From Mesotaenium endlicherianum (Eukaryota): a stretch of DNA of 64,000 bases. Shown one piece after another: positions 39,555-51,300 of this stretch; position 1 is the stretch's first letter, and the number at the start of each line of letters is the position of its first letter. The notes under the pieces were generated by a model. It did not search any database and was not told the DNA's origin. It was given only the letters and a program-made list of their open reading frames with translations. The stretch is taken from assembly GCA_009602735.1 (NCBI GenBank), contig WELA01002297.1, positions 62,001 to 126,000 of the forward strand, read 5' to 3'. Position numbers and translations under genes: made by a program.

Positions 39555-41546
39555 TTTCCCAATGGTAAAAATCCCAGTTTCAGGCTGCTTTTCCCCAACA
39601 AAAGCGTCCAGTAGTTGCTACTCCTTGGGTTCAGGTGGGGGCTTTTTGCCCTCATCCTGGCCCTCAGGGTTTTCAACTTGATTGCTGGGTGGGGAAGTAG
39701 CAGGCTTCTCAGCTTGCTCCTCCTGTTGCTTAGGCTCTGCTGCCCGTTTCTTCATTCGCTTTCCCTTGGAAATAGACGGACGCTTCTCTGATGGGTCGGA
39801 AAATACCAAACGCCTTCTGATGGGCTGTTGCCGGAATCTCCGCTCATCGTTTGCTGTCCAGCTGGTGCCTGTTCCTCCTACCTCTCGCTGTGGGCAAGGA
39901 TTCTCCGGTGGCCATCCTGCTGGGTCAACTCTGGGGCTGATGGACCATCCCCAGTGTTGATTTATTGTAGCAAGGCGCTCGACCGTTGTACCAAACTCTT
40001 CTCCAAGTGGTGGCGTGATGGCCCATGACTGATGACTCAGCAACTGTTGTCGTTGTGCTTCAGCAACTCGCGCGTACACAGCATTTTTTGGTGTCAGGCG
40101 GCTTATAGTGCTTCTTAGCTTCACCAATTCTTTCTCAGAAACCGCTGGTGTTGAAGGAGCTGAATCATTCTTTCCCTTCGTTCCAAAGGTTGGAGAACGA
40201 GCCATAGGAATGTTAATTCCCAGTTCTCGGGCCCTGCGGTTCAACCCTTCTTCACTTCCTTCCGCAGTATTTCCATAATGGGTTGTGGCGGTGGGGCCAT
40301 AGTTCCTCTCGGAACTCCTTCCCTCTGGGCCACTCCTCGATGCTTAAAATAACGCATCACCATCCTCCTGAAGGGTGCATTTCCCTCGCGGGCCACTTTT
40401 CTTGGCCTGCTTGCGCGGCCTTGTGGCTTACCTGGTGTATGCTCCATCTTAGCAACGCAAGCAGATACCTCTGGTGGCAGCCGTTGCAGCTCCAATGGTG
40501 GTATCTCAGGGACTGATATACTTGCGATTGGCGTGCTGGATGTTGGCGAGCATAACTCCTGATATAAATCAGTTGGGTGCGGCCCCTCCTCATTCAAGTG
40601 GTTTGCCACCCATTTGTCTGTCCTCAGGTCCTGTAGGTTTAATTCAGGAGTAGGGAAGCGAGGAATTTCTTCCCCTTCACCATCTTCAAGGGTGAGCGAT
40701 GGTAAGTCAAACTCAGGTAGGTCAAGCAGTCTTGACTTGGCCTCCTCTGTCCCCTCCACTCCTGGTGGCTGTGGCTCTTCATCGCTTCTTGTATTAAGCT
40801 TTGCCATGGTGATGATGGCTGACTGCAGCGCTTGTGTAGCTTGGGCGACCTCTTCTTCCTTGCGCCAGGGTGCATCTGCTTCCAGCAGCTGCTCCATAAT
40901 CTGCCTGGTGATAGACTCAGCAGTATGACAGGCTGATCCTCCTGGTTGTCCTTTGACCTTTGGCTCTGGACTCAGCAAAAAATTTTTGGGCAATTTCTTG
41001 TCCAGATCTTCTTTGCAATCTTCAATGATCACCTCCAAACATATCTTTTTTGCAGACCCTCCAGAGTCACCTGACTTTTCACTGCCTTCTTCAGCTCATT
41101 CTCCCATATAGCATGTTCGCTCATTGCTTGCTGGGTTGGTTCCAAAAGACTCCTCTGGTATTCAGTTGAAATAATCTTCAGTCTTCTCTGGTGCTCCAGA
41201 ATAATTGTCTGGATGTGCTGGTTCCAAAGAGGGCTCTTTGTGCCGTCGATGGATCTCCCCTGTTTCTGAGTCTGCTCCATAGAAGCTGCTTCCAAGCCCT
41301 GGACAGGATGATAAACATTGCTGTCCATCTTCCCAACTGCTCGAGTCCTCCTGCCAATAGTCACCTTCTCCTCTACCCCTCGGGCTATAATCAGGATCCT
41401 CCTCTGGACCTTCACTTTTCAGTGAGCCCTCAAATATGATTGCCATAACCAAATCTGATCAGACTTGCTGTTGCTCAGATGCCTTCTCAAGGACTTGCAC
41501 CTTATCCTTAGCGCTTGCTGGTGTAAGCTTTTGCTCCACTTCCTCA

Positions 41547-43235
41547 CTAGATAGTTGTCCTCCATCTTCCCCATGTGCCTCTTCTCCATCCCTGAAGAAA
41601 GATGTGGAGATCATTTGCAGTTGATGAGGGTAGCTCATAGTCCTGCTCTTCTTTAGCCAGACAAATAAGGATTTTGTCCTCCTCTGCTGCTGCCATTTCT
41701 GGCAATGGCGTCCCAAATATTTGACTGCGCGTGGCCTTTTTCAGCCAAGATGACGTATCACCTTCCACACCTGGCGGTGGTGTCGGTGCGTGAGGCGCCT
41801 GCTCTTCCATGGGCACATCTATTTCTTCAAAATGTGCTTTTACCTTTGCAATCTGGTTTTCCAGCCGCTTCTTCACTTCACTGCACCTTGTCAATTCGGC
41901 CATCCCGGCTTCTTTGCGTGCAGCTCTGGTACTCTGAACTCCTCCTTCCGCGATTCTGCGTTCTGGGAGCCCTTCCTTTGGCAGTTGTGCTCTCCTGCCA
42001 GCCCTCTGATCTGAGGTAGGCACCACATGTTCTCCAATTATCATCACTGGTGGCTCTGGCATAGGCTTGTGAGTGGAAGTCAGTTGTTGCCATGTCATAA
42101 TAATTTCTAGGAGCCATGTCATAGTATGATGCCCAATCATATTGCTGAAGATCTTTGCAGCTTCAAGTTGTCCTACAGCACTCACAATTGCTTGTACGAC
42201 CCTTTTTGGAACTCCCAAACAGCATCCTTTCTCCATGGCGTATGGCTCACGCCATTGTGCTTCTGGGTTATTTTTGTTCTTGACCAATCCTGGCCCTCCA
42301 TCAACAAAAGCTCTGGACTCTGGGAATGCTGTGAAAGTCGGCAAAACCCCCCTGGGTTGCCCTAACTCATTGACAGCACACCGTGGGTAAACATCATCTC
42401 TGGTTACCGATTTAGTGAATAGCCCCAGTCTATACCCCACGGTCTTGGCATCCAGTGGGCGCCTGATGATCATCCCCGTGGCTCTCGCCACCTCCATAGG
42501 TATGCCATTTGTCCATAAAATCCTGGCCATGTGTGATAGCCCTCCATATTTGGCATCATTGATCAGCACGTGATGACCCAATATTGAATCAAAGATTAGC
42601 CATGGCTCTCCTGGCTTCATCTGGCTGTAGTCATGACCCGGGTGCATGTTCTCAATCACAAACACTGGTGGATGGCGACACTGACGTTCCCGCAGCAGCC
42701 TGATGATGTCCACCATTCTTCCCCAATACTGTGCCCGTGGGTCATTGAATCCCCTCCTGTTGCCAGCTTGAGAGAAAGGTTGACAAGGGAATCCAGCAAA
42801 GATCCAATCAAACTTGCAAAGATACAAGTGCTCAGGCTTCACCTCCAAAATATCTCCTCCAGCTATGCGCTCTATGTGCTGTGGCGCAGGTACCAAATTC
42901 TTGAAATGGTACATCTTTTGCATATCCTGCATAGCAGCTTTGAAAGCTGTAAAAGCATTGTCGTCGTTGTCCACATAGATGACTTTGGATACCTTGATCC
43001 CCCGCTGAATCAGAGACATAGTCCCAGATTCCAATCCAGCGAATAACTCCAGCACCACTACTCCAATTTCGCGAAACGGATTCGCCATTTGAACAGTAGC
43101 TTGAGGCAATGGCTCCACTCCTGGCATCAAGTTCAACGAGCTTGTCACTGGATAAGGCACTGGAAGCAATTCTCGCGGACTGCGATCCATGTTGCTCATA
43201 GTTTCCAGCTGACTCATAATCTTGGGTTGCCACAC
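41547..43235 (-). CDS. Retrotransposon-encoded C5-cytosine DNA methyltransferase (domain ~42110-43065 uninterrupted)
   Basis: VVLELFAGLESG, IFAGFPCQPFSQAG (catalytic PC), FVIENM, SHMARILWTN, WREPYAMEK..LG, KIFSNMIG in canonical order within one 562-aa ORF. Confidence 0.93.
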   Translation of the reverse strand: MWQPKIMSQLETMSNMDRSPRELLPVPYPVTSSLNLMPGVEPLPQATVQMANPFREIGVVVLELFAGLESGTMSLIQRGIKVSKVIYVDNDDNAFTAFKAAMQDMQKMYHFKNLVPAPQHIERIAGGDILEVKPEHLYLCKFDWIFAGFPCQPFSQAGNRRGFNDPRAQYWGRMVDIIRLLRERQCRHPPVFVIENMHPGHDYSQMKPGEPWLIFDSILGHHVLINDAKYGGLSHMARILWTNGIPMEVARATGMIIRRPLDAKTVGYRLGLFTKSVTRDDVYPRCAVNELGQPRGVLPTFTAFPESRAFVDGGPGLVKNKNNPEAQWREPYAMEKGCCLGVPKRVVQAIVSAVGQLEAAKIFSNMIGHHTMTWLLEIIMTWQQLTSTHKPMPEPPVMIIGEHVVPTSDQRAGRRAQLPKEGLPERRIAEGGVQSTRAARKEAGMAELTRCSEVKKRLENQIAKVKAHFEEIDVPMEEQAPHAPTPPPGVEGDTSSWLKKATRSQIFGTPLPEMAAAEEDKILICLAKEEQDYELPSSTANDLHIFLQGWRRGTWGRWRTTI

Positions 43236-43429
43236 AATGGCGCTGGCATGTTGATGCGGGTGTAGGCCGTCTCCTCGCTGATCATATAGTTGTTGTAAGC
43301 CTCTGGATAGTCAGTAGTGGCGCAGCAGTCCAGCATCTTCTGATCTGTTTCTCCTGAACAAACCATTTTTACAGGAATCTCTCCTGCTGGCTGCTTATCT
43401 GTCTGCTGGTAGGTCACTTTCTGCTTCCG

Positions 43430-45855
43430 CAAATCAATAACATGCCCAATGGGATCAGTGCTTCTGGCCCCAGGAGAATATCATAATTCTCTGCATCAGT
43501 TACCGTGCATTCCATCCATAGTGACGCCTCCTCAGGTTTCCCCGAGTTTACTGTGATCTTCACAGGCTTGCGGGTAATTCCACAAGACTTTGTTACCTGC
43601 CTTGATGCCGTTTTCAGCTAAAATGGGCTCTCTTTCAGATCCCTAGGTGTCAGACCCAGAGCTTTCACAGCTCGCTTCCCCAGGATGACTGGCTGTGCGC
43701 CTGTATCCAGGAGGATGTTGGGGGCTGGCCAATTGTTGAACTTCATGGCACCATCCTTGTTCTGCACCCTCACAGTGCTGAAATTGGTAGGCAGCGAGGC
43801 GCTATTGGCACCTTCCTCAGCTGTATCCAGCTGTTGTCCGGCTTCTTCAATCGTGAAAGGGTAAGTAATGTGCAAATCAACGAGAGAAATCAACGGAGCA
43901 TGCTGAATTCGATATTCCACCAGAGCTCTCAACTTCTCCAAAGAAATACTAAATGTCTTGCGATTCTGGCCTGTCGCTGCTGGGCAATTTCATTCTCATC
44001 CAGGGTAATCCGAAAGGTCTGAGGAAGCTTCCCAGCGTTCCTAGGCACCAATCGGTCATGATCTGCCCTCTCAGCTGCTGTTGCAGTTACAGCCTTCTCA
44101 GGCACCAACTTCCCTAGACAATTTTTTCAGCGACATCTGCATCATAGTAGTCATTGGGCGCTTTTAGTTTTGCAAATTGAGCTTTCAACTCAGCAATCTC
44201 AGCACTCATAGCATCATACTTTTAATGACCCTTGCGGTTACCGAAATTCTCCTTTCCTTTCTTTTTACCCTTATCTGCTTCTTTCGTAGCAGCGTTAGCC
44301 CATGGTGGCTTTAAATTCGGGTTCTTAGACCAACACTCATCTTCTGAGTGTCCCTTCTTGCTGCAATGTGCACATATCTGCGCCTTGTTAGCAGACAGTT
44401 GCTTAGCATCAGGATAAGGACAATCTCTCTTCCGATGTCCTGATTTCCCGCAATTCCAACATCCCTCTGCTGTTTCAGCAGTGTTGGCATGCTTAGCAAA
44501 CCTATTGAAAGACCTGCTCTTCTTTTTGAACTGCAGATTAGAGCTATCGGCCTTAGGCGGAGAAGATTCCTCCCTCCTCTCTGGCGCCATAAGCGTCCTA
44601 GAAGCCTCCTTATACCAGACTTTACCTTCCTCGACACAACGTGCTATCTCAGCAGCTTCGCCGATATCCCAGTCGATTTCGCGCTTGGCAGATAGATGCG
44701 GCCTGACTTCTCGATCTGTGTCTTTGCCCAAACACAACAATAATTTTTCAGCCACTATTTTGGGCTCGTAGATTCCTGCATTCTTGGCAAGATCCACCAG
44801 TCTGGACTTAACCTCCATCACTGTCTTGTTCTTTTGACGAACAAAGTGCACACAGCGGTGCACCTTGAGATTGCGGTCCTCTGGGAACTTGATTTCAAGC
44901 AATTTGAAGAAACGACGCAGACAATGCTCAGCATCCAATTGGTCATTGCGAGCTTCCATATCTTTACGGCAACTGGCCAACGCTTGCGCATGGCTTGACT
45001 TTGTACAGGCACTATCGCCTTGCTGACCATTAAAAGGTGCTGCTCTGCGCGTTACTCGCTCCTGAGCATTAGCAATCTTTTCAGACAGCTCTGCACACAC
45101 TCTACGCAATTTTGCGACAGATCCTTCATCATTCTCCTCAGTAGCCGCTCTTTGCTGACCCTCAGTGAGGTGTGTCATGGCATCTACTAATTTTTGTGTT
45201 AGTGCAGTTAAGTCTACGCTCCCTAGCCTTCTTTTGCTCTCCAAATGCCCATTCCTGAGTAAGGTCCTCATCCTTTCGGAGTTGGCAATGAAGCAACAAG
45301 GCATCCTTGTCCAAGTATGAAACCAGACTTATAAACGCAACAAATTGAGTATATGAGGAGTCCTTCCGGATCTTCTCAAAGAAATCAGCCCAGTAGATTT
45401 CATCAAACTCTTCGAAAGTGAGACTGTTGCCACCGGTTCGTCCACTAAAGCACTTGGTAGACAACTTGAACTTAGGATTTTCATCCCTCTTATCACCAGC
45501 CACCTCAAAAGGTGACCAGTAATCACTGACTCTTACCCCAGCGTCTAGCGTTTTGCCCAAACCAGGTGCAAGATAACGCTCGCTATACGGGTTCCACGTT
45601 TGCAGAGATTTGTCGAGCAGCGTCTCCCGACGTATGGTCTCTTCTTGGGTCGTCAACCCGCTCAGATGTCTCACTATGTCGTGGACTCTGGCTTGAATCA
45701 AAGCCTTCCACAGGCTCCACGGGATGATAGAGACTCCCACTCCTCAGCCGCATATACAGCTGAGTTTCCCCGGGTCCCCTTCCAGGTTGACCACCGGCAG
45801 CCCTTACAGGCCTCAATCCCCAATTTGCTTGGAAATTCTTGTTCACCTGAACCAC
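43430..45855 (-). pseudogene. gag (two CCHC knuckles) and aspartic protease of copy B
   Basis: CWNCGKSGHRKRDC and CAHCSKKGHSEDEC in ORF 44222; ILLDTGAQPVILG in ORF 43618; frameshifted. Confidence 0.88.
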
Positions 45856-45862
45856 TCAACCG

Positions 45863-45876
45863 AAGTTCTCAGAAGT
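45863..45876 (-). promoter_or_regulatory. Self-priming primer-binding site (Tf1-like)
   Basis: ACTTCTGAGAACTT directly follows segment A and is complementary to the sequence ~29 nt after the TATA box in A (46205-46218, one mismatch; exact in copy A at 9758-9771). No TGG tRNA-type PBS at the boundary. Confidence 0.75.
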
Positions 45877-48306
45877 AGGACGGAAGAGTCTTACTTCCAC
45901 ATAGGCTTATGCCCAAGTTGAGCGTAATAAAATGAACAAAATTGTAGTTTGCAAAAATCACGTCTAAACAACTTAACCATCAATGCCAGATTCAGAGAAA
46001 ATCGCCTTCACGGCTTTCGCTTAACTTTCACAAGTCTCAGCTTACAAATCTATGAAACTGCACATCTATGCTGGCCTGGTTTGAACTCTTCGCTTAATAC
46101 CGCGCCTCAGCAGTTCTTCACTGCTTGGCTAGGGTCACTTAGTTACTCACTGAGAGCTTTAACTGTTTAACTGCTCTTGCTATCAGCAATTTGACTTGTT
46201 CGCGACTTTTGAGAACTTAGGACTGACACAGTTACTCACCATTTATATGCCCTTCGCACACTTGTGGTGTTCTGTCCAAATCTGCGCTAATCTCCTAATA
46301 GATTCTGTTCTGCAAGTTCTCCTCTGTCTACCAGTGAGATTCCACCTTGGGAACTCCTGAATTCTAACTTCTATGGTACAGTGCAAAGAGATCAGGTGTC
46401 GGCAGAGGCGTGGATTCTCCGTTCTCCTGCGCCCTTAGGAACTCCTTCTCTTCGCGCTCCTTCTCCTTTCTCCTTTCTGCTTCTTTAGCAAAAACTGCAA
46501 AAGCAAGAATGAGGCAGCTTTGTGCAAGACTCGTGCCTTTCGCAGGCACCATGCATTGTTCTCTCTCGAGAATGCCAGTGCTTAGTCACAGCTGGCTTTG
46601 CATGCCGTCCTCGCCTAGCAGCTCTCAAACCGATCTAGCCATTGTCACTCAGCTTGCATGCAGGCCTCGTGACTGTTGCGCGTGATTGCTTAGCCTTTCA
46701 GCCAACAGTTATGCTTATGTGGCTGATGACTGGCGATTTTCATAGCCAATCAAATCGTGCCTGACTTGGCACTCGGGGCTGCTTCCCGCCCACAGCCTTT
46801 CGGCTGACCTTCTTGGCAAATCCCTTCCCATGCCATGACCACCTCTCAGTGATCATGACGTTGACTTGACCGCTGGCTGACTTGAAGTCAAGCTTTTGGT
46901 CGGTGAGTCAATGCTGACTTTCCGTACCTGGGCGGCCGTGACTAGCGCTGCGCGTGCGGCACCGTCAAAAGGGTAGCAGTCGCAACAGCAGGGCTGTTAA
47001 GTTGGCGAGAGACGAGTCGATGTTCATCATGTTGGCCCGGCCACAAGACACAAGGATAGAAGACGTGTACCGTGTATTTTTGAACTATGAGGGACCTATA
47101 TCTGACATGCGTGGCGGCAAGTATTACAATGCGAGGGGGCCAGTGCTTGGCGAAGCTGAAGGGAATTTCGAGACGCCTGAATGTGGACGCAAGGCACGGC
47201 CATCCCGAAGGACAAGTACCTCAGCCCTCGATTCCTGAGATAGACATGATTACTTAGTAATTTGTGGCGCTTGTGTCTTCTGTACTGTAGCAGTATTAGC
47301 CAGCCACTCTCGCGATGTTCACAGACGCAATGGTTGCAGTCACGCTGCAGTACAATTTCGATGCAGTTTCAAATTCATGGTGACGGTTTTTGGGTTTGGT
47401 GTCGATGCCTTTGGTGTTTGTCATGTAGTGGTGTCGATGCGATGCTGTCGTGCGATGTCGTCTTGTGAGGGCCAATTCGTCGCCCCTTCACAAGATTGAA
47501 AATCCACACTGATCGAATATGAGAGTAGAACCAATATGTATGGTAGTTTATTGTCGTCAGTAAGGCGCCCCTCACGTAACTCTTGTGAGGGGGAATTCAA
47601 TAAGGCCCTTTGCTCGTGTGAGCGCTGGCCCGTACGCGTTCGAAATCGGAGATTTGCCACGCGAAAGCGTTCGTCGTGAACGCTTTCTCTGTGCGGCCCC
47701 AGTGCGGCCCGCCCTTTCGCGACCGCCATAAATTAGGGCTTGGCCATAACTTATTCCTCTTCGCTTTTGCTGAGGGAGTGCGTCCTTAGGGCGCTTCTCG
47801 TGAGCGGCCATGGCGAGGAGGAGCGAGGCGGAGCCTCGCCTGGGCCGCGAGGTAGCCCGCCATGGGGTCGTGGGAGAGGGTGCTCTTCCTCGCTAGCAGG
47901 GTTCGTGGGGTGGAAAGGTCGGGAGCGCCTGCTGCTGGGCAGCCATGGCCGCTCGTCGTTGCAGGCGGCCATGGCCGCCTGCCAGTTATGAGGGTGTTAG
48001 AGAGAGAGAGAGGGGTTAAGGGGGAGGAGGCATGGTGGAGGGAGGGAGGGAGGGAGGGTCGTTAGCGTCGACGTCGAGCGTCGACGGCGTTCGCGCTGTT
48101 TTGACGCCTTAATTTGTCGCGATCGTTCGGCGGGTCTGTGAGGGGATGACAACATTGAACGAGTATGTATGGTAGTTTTTTGTATGATGGTTTATCAGTA
48201 TGAGAGACGAGTGTTGATCCACACCAGAACGGAACAATACATACCGAGGTACAGAAATCGCAAGCGTGTATTTTGCGTTTGTAAACAAAAAGCTTTTACC
48301 GCTCTT

Positions 48307-51300
48307 ATGGACAGGATGTCGTACGCGACGTCAAAGCCGGGCCACTCACGCTTGCTTGGGGGGCTATGCGTGTTATTACTGTTGTTTGCTTTCTTCACAA
48401 GCTTTAAATGTGCAGTCAGACAGAGGGTAGAAGCACCGAACGAGTTAACAGATGGTACAGTTGGAGCCCAAGGTCTCTAAGCTTTTGCCACCGCTTTATT
48501 CCACAACCGCTGATGCTCATTCATATCTCTAGCTGATTGCTCTCAGTTCTTACGATATCTCGCCTCAGTGATTGAGTCATTAGAAGAGCACTCACCCGGT
48601 TTGTCATGAATGCAGACTCCAACATCGCGTACGCCGATCTTCGGTGTGGGAAGAGCTGCGAGGACACCTGCTATGAGCAGAAACGGAGAATTTTGGTAAT
48701 GTTAGCATTCAGAAGCTTATAGTAACTCGAAAACTACATTCTTGTCTTGCACATGTACTTTTAAGATGCCCTTCAAGTCTCACGTCGTACGTCCTCGTGA
48801 CTGGTCGGGCTGTTAGTTCGCGCCAAGTGAGCTGATGAATGATCCAGTCAAGCATGTGATTGCAGGACTTTGCTCCTTCAAGCAGCAGCTTACGTGGGCC
48901 TGGAGCAAGAGCTGTGCCAGTCGCATTCCCTTGGTTTTCATATCCAGTAAAGGACAACGTATCTGTCATAGGACCTGGCCAGACTCCTCTGCCTGCCAAC
49001 CTTCTTGGCCGCTTCATGGGAGATGGAGATTATGTTTGGGAGTTTGAACGGCGGGACTCCGGGAACTACAGGTGTTATGTTAGTCATTGAATGGGCTCCT
49101 GAATTCAGCTGCAGCATTTGTCAAAGAACTCACTTATACGCCCTCTTCGTCGTCACGGCGCATTTCTCACTCGACCACTTATCTGGGGCATCTCTGCAGC
49201 ATTCTGCACAACGGAGAGCCTCTTGTGACATACACCATGCATCCAGACTCGAGCTTCTGCCCGGAGCCAATGGTCAACTTCGAGTCCCGATACAGGTACG
49301 CCGTGCCTTCCTTTCCTGAAAGGGCAATTTGTAAGAATCCTGGCTCTCTACTTGAGACATGCGAGGCTTGTTGTCACGGCGGGAGACGTGTGGACGTCTG
49401 ACTTGCTGGTGCAGTGACCAGTTCGAGTGCAGGTGCAAAGCTGAAGCAGTGCTAAAGTGGGGGGTGCAGATGCAAAGCCGAGGACGCAGACCGCATAAGG
49501 CTGGCCACAGCTCGCTGGCCGGATCGCTCTGTCACTGAGGAGATGTACGACAAACTCGGGGCCCAGGTGACTTGCGCTGTCGTCAATGCAACCTGCTCTG
49601 ACGCTCTTGAAGCCCCTTCTGAATAGTGACACTGGCTCAGAGGACAGTGTTAGTATCGGGGCCCGGAATCTCGTGGCAATGCATGCAGTCTGGCACAGGC
49701 CGTGTCCTCCGCTAGTGAGAATTGAGATATGAAGTAGTGTTGCCCGGTTGTGCACTTTGCAGGGCAACTTCACGCACTATGCCATCATCAACAACACGCT
49801 GTATCGCCGTTTCCCGGCTGATAACGTCCCCTACCATGTGGAGCTGGAAATCTTTCTGCTTGCACTACTGCGGAAGGTGAAGCTTCCTGACTCAGAGTTT
49901 GCTTTCAACGGCGCTGATAACGGCACAGCGTCTCTGAGGTGGGTCCATGAGGGTGCACAGACCCTCCCACATGCCGCTGCTCGGGCAGCCCGCTTGCGTC
50001 GAGTTGCGACGAGATGTCATGCGACTGGCGGGCTTCCTGGCTGGTTGGCTGGGGTGCTAGAAGCCCTTGAAGCAGTGCTGTTGCCCCCTCCCCTTCCCCT
50101 CTCCCCTCCGCCTCCCGTTTCGTCATTTCCAAGCCTCTGATTTTGTGCAGCTCTGACGGGCCACCGACGCTTGCGTTCTCGACAAAGGAGGATGACATCG
50201 ACATTCGAATACCGTCCGGCTACTTGATGTGGTACCTGATGCATGGCACCTTCATCAAGGTAAGGGAAAAGGCCTCCATGGTGTGCGAGGCCCCCTACTG
50301 CAGCTGCGGAAATCCCTCTGAGGAGTCTCTACCAGGAGGGCTGTGCATATCCATATGCCTGTCTGCGTAGCATAGTGGAGATATCGACCCAAGGCTAATG
50401 CGTGAGGTGTCAGCCTGACTACTGTAGGGTCTGAGGACGTCTTGGTCCTGTAGGTCATACAGTGTGTGAAAAACATGTCATGTCCCACTGTGACTAGCCT
50501 TTGGCTGGAGTGCAATGCCGTCTCGTAGCCTGAAAAAGTAGGCGTGGCTGACATTTCACCATCGCCCCGTCGCAGCCCCCAGCCGCCGCCGGTGCAAGCG
50601 GAGAGGCCAGCTCGCCCGTGGCCAGATGAGCTTGCACTCAGCTTGCTGCAGCTTGCATGGTGGCCGGGGAAACCTGCCACTGTTCTCTGGAAGCCTCCGC
50701 CACATGTCCCATTCCTAGATGTGGGTTTGCGTTGTGGATTTGGAGCTGCAGGGTGCTGCGAGCCTGAAGCCCTGGTCAACCCGGGAATCCAAGTGCTACT
50801 TCGTCGGCACCAACAGTGCCTTCGTGTATGTCTCTCATCCCAGGCATTTCTGGCTCACTCCACGCTTCCGCGCGGCCATGCTGGCGAAGGGTCACGAGGA
50901 CATCCTGCACGTCAAGGTCGTGACTGGCCACCGGAAACATATCACAGACGTAAGCACGCGCTTTCACGAGAGGGGACTTGCTGGGCCTGCTTGCATGGGC
51001 ATTTCCTTCTCCTGCCTGATAATTTATGGTCTGTCGCTTCTTCACCTCCACCCGTGACAGGTGTCACATTCAGCGGTTCAAGCGATTTCTCATTGCCACA
51101 GCTAGCTTCCAGCAGCTCTCCGCTGGTCCTGGGAAGGGGGGAGCTGCGGTGATACTAGGGGTCATTCTTATGCAGCGTGGTCACCTCCTCCCCTGGCAGT
51201 GATGGCGTGCCAGACGCGGCCTGTGAGGGGCACACTTCTTGGTTCCATGCGCTCCATGGGCAAGACTGGATTCCTGGTGGTGACGAGAATCAACGAATGT

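Larger units (their letters stand above)
34802..46987 (-). mobile_element. DNMT/PHD-carrying Ty3/gypsy, copy B: complete 12186-bp element with A-internal-B-A-B termini and 4-bp TSD GCAG
   Basis: A1 45877-46987, PBS 45863-45876, gag/PR/DNMT/linker/RT/RH/IN/PHD, PPT 36513-36524, B1 36211-36512, GC, A2 35104-36208, B2 34802-35103. GCAG at 34798-34801 and 46988-46991. Confidence 0.95.

Noticed and set aside
41547..43235. Bacterial restriction-modification system or contamination
   Set aside because: The MTase is embedded in gag-pol in multiple copies, there is no cognate nuclease, and the window contains spliceosomal-intron genes.
34802..46987. DIRS/Ngaro/PAT tyrosine-recombinase element
   Set aside because: It encodes an aspartic protease and an rve-type DDE integrase and has a TSD. 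I see no tyrosine recombinase motif, and the methyltransferase is C5-type rather than the adenine type found in DIRS elements.
47751..47972. GC-rich minus-strand ORF as first exon of a divergent gene
   Set aside because: No recognisable domain or convincing downstream exons; cannot be supported.
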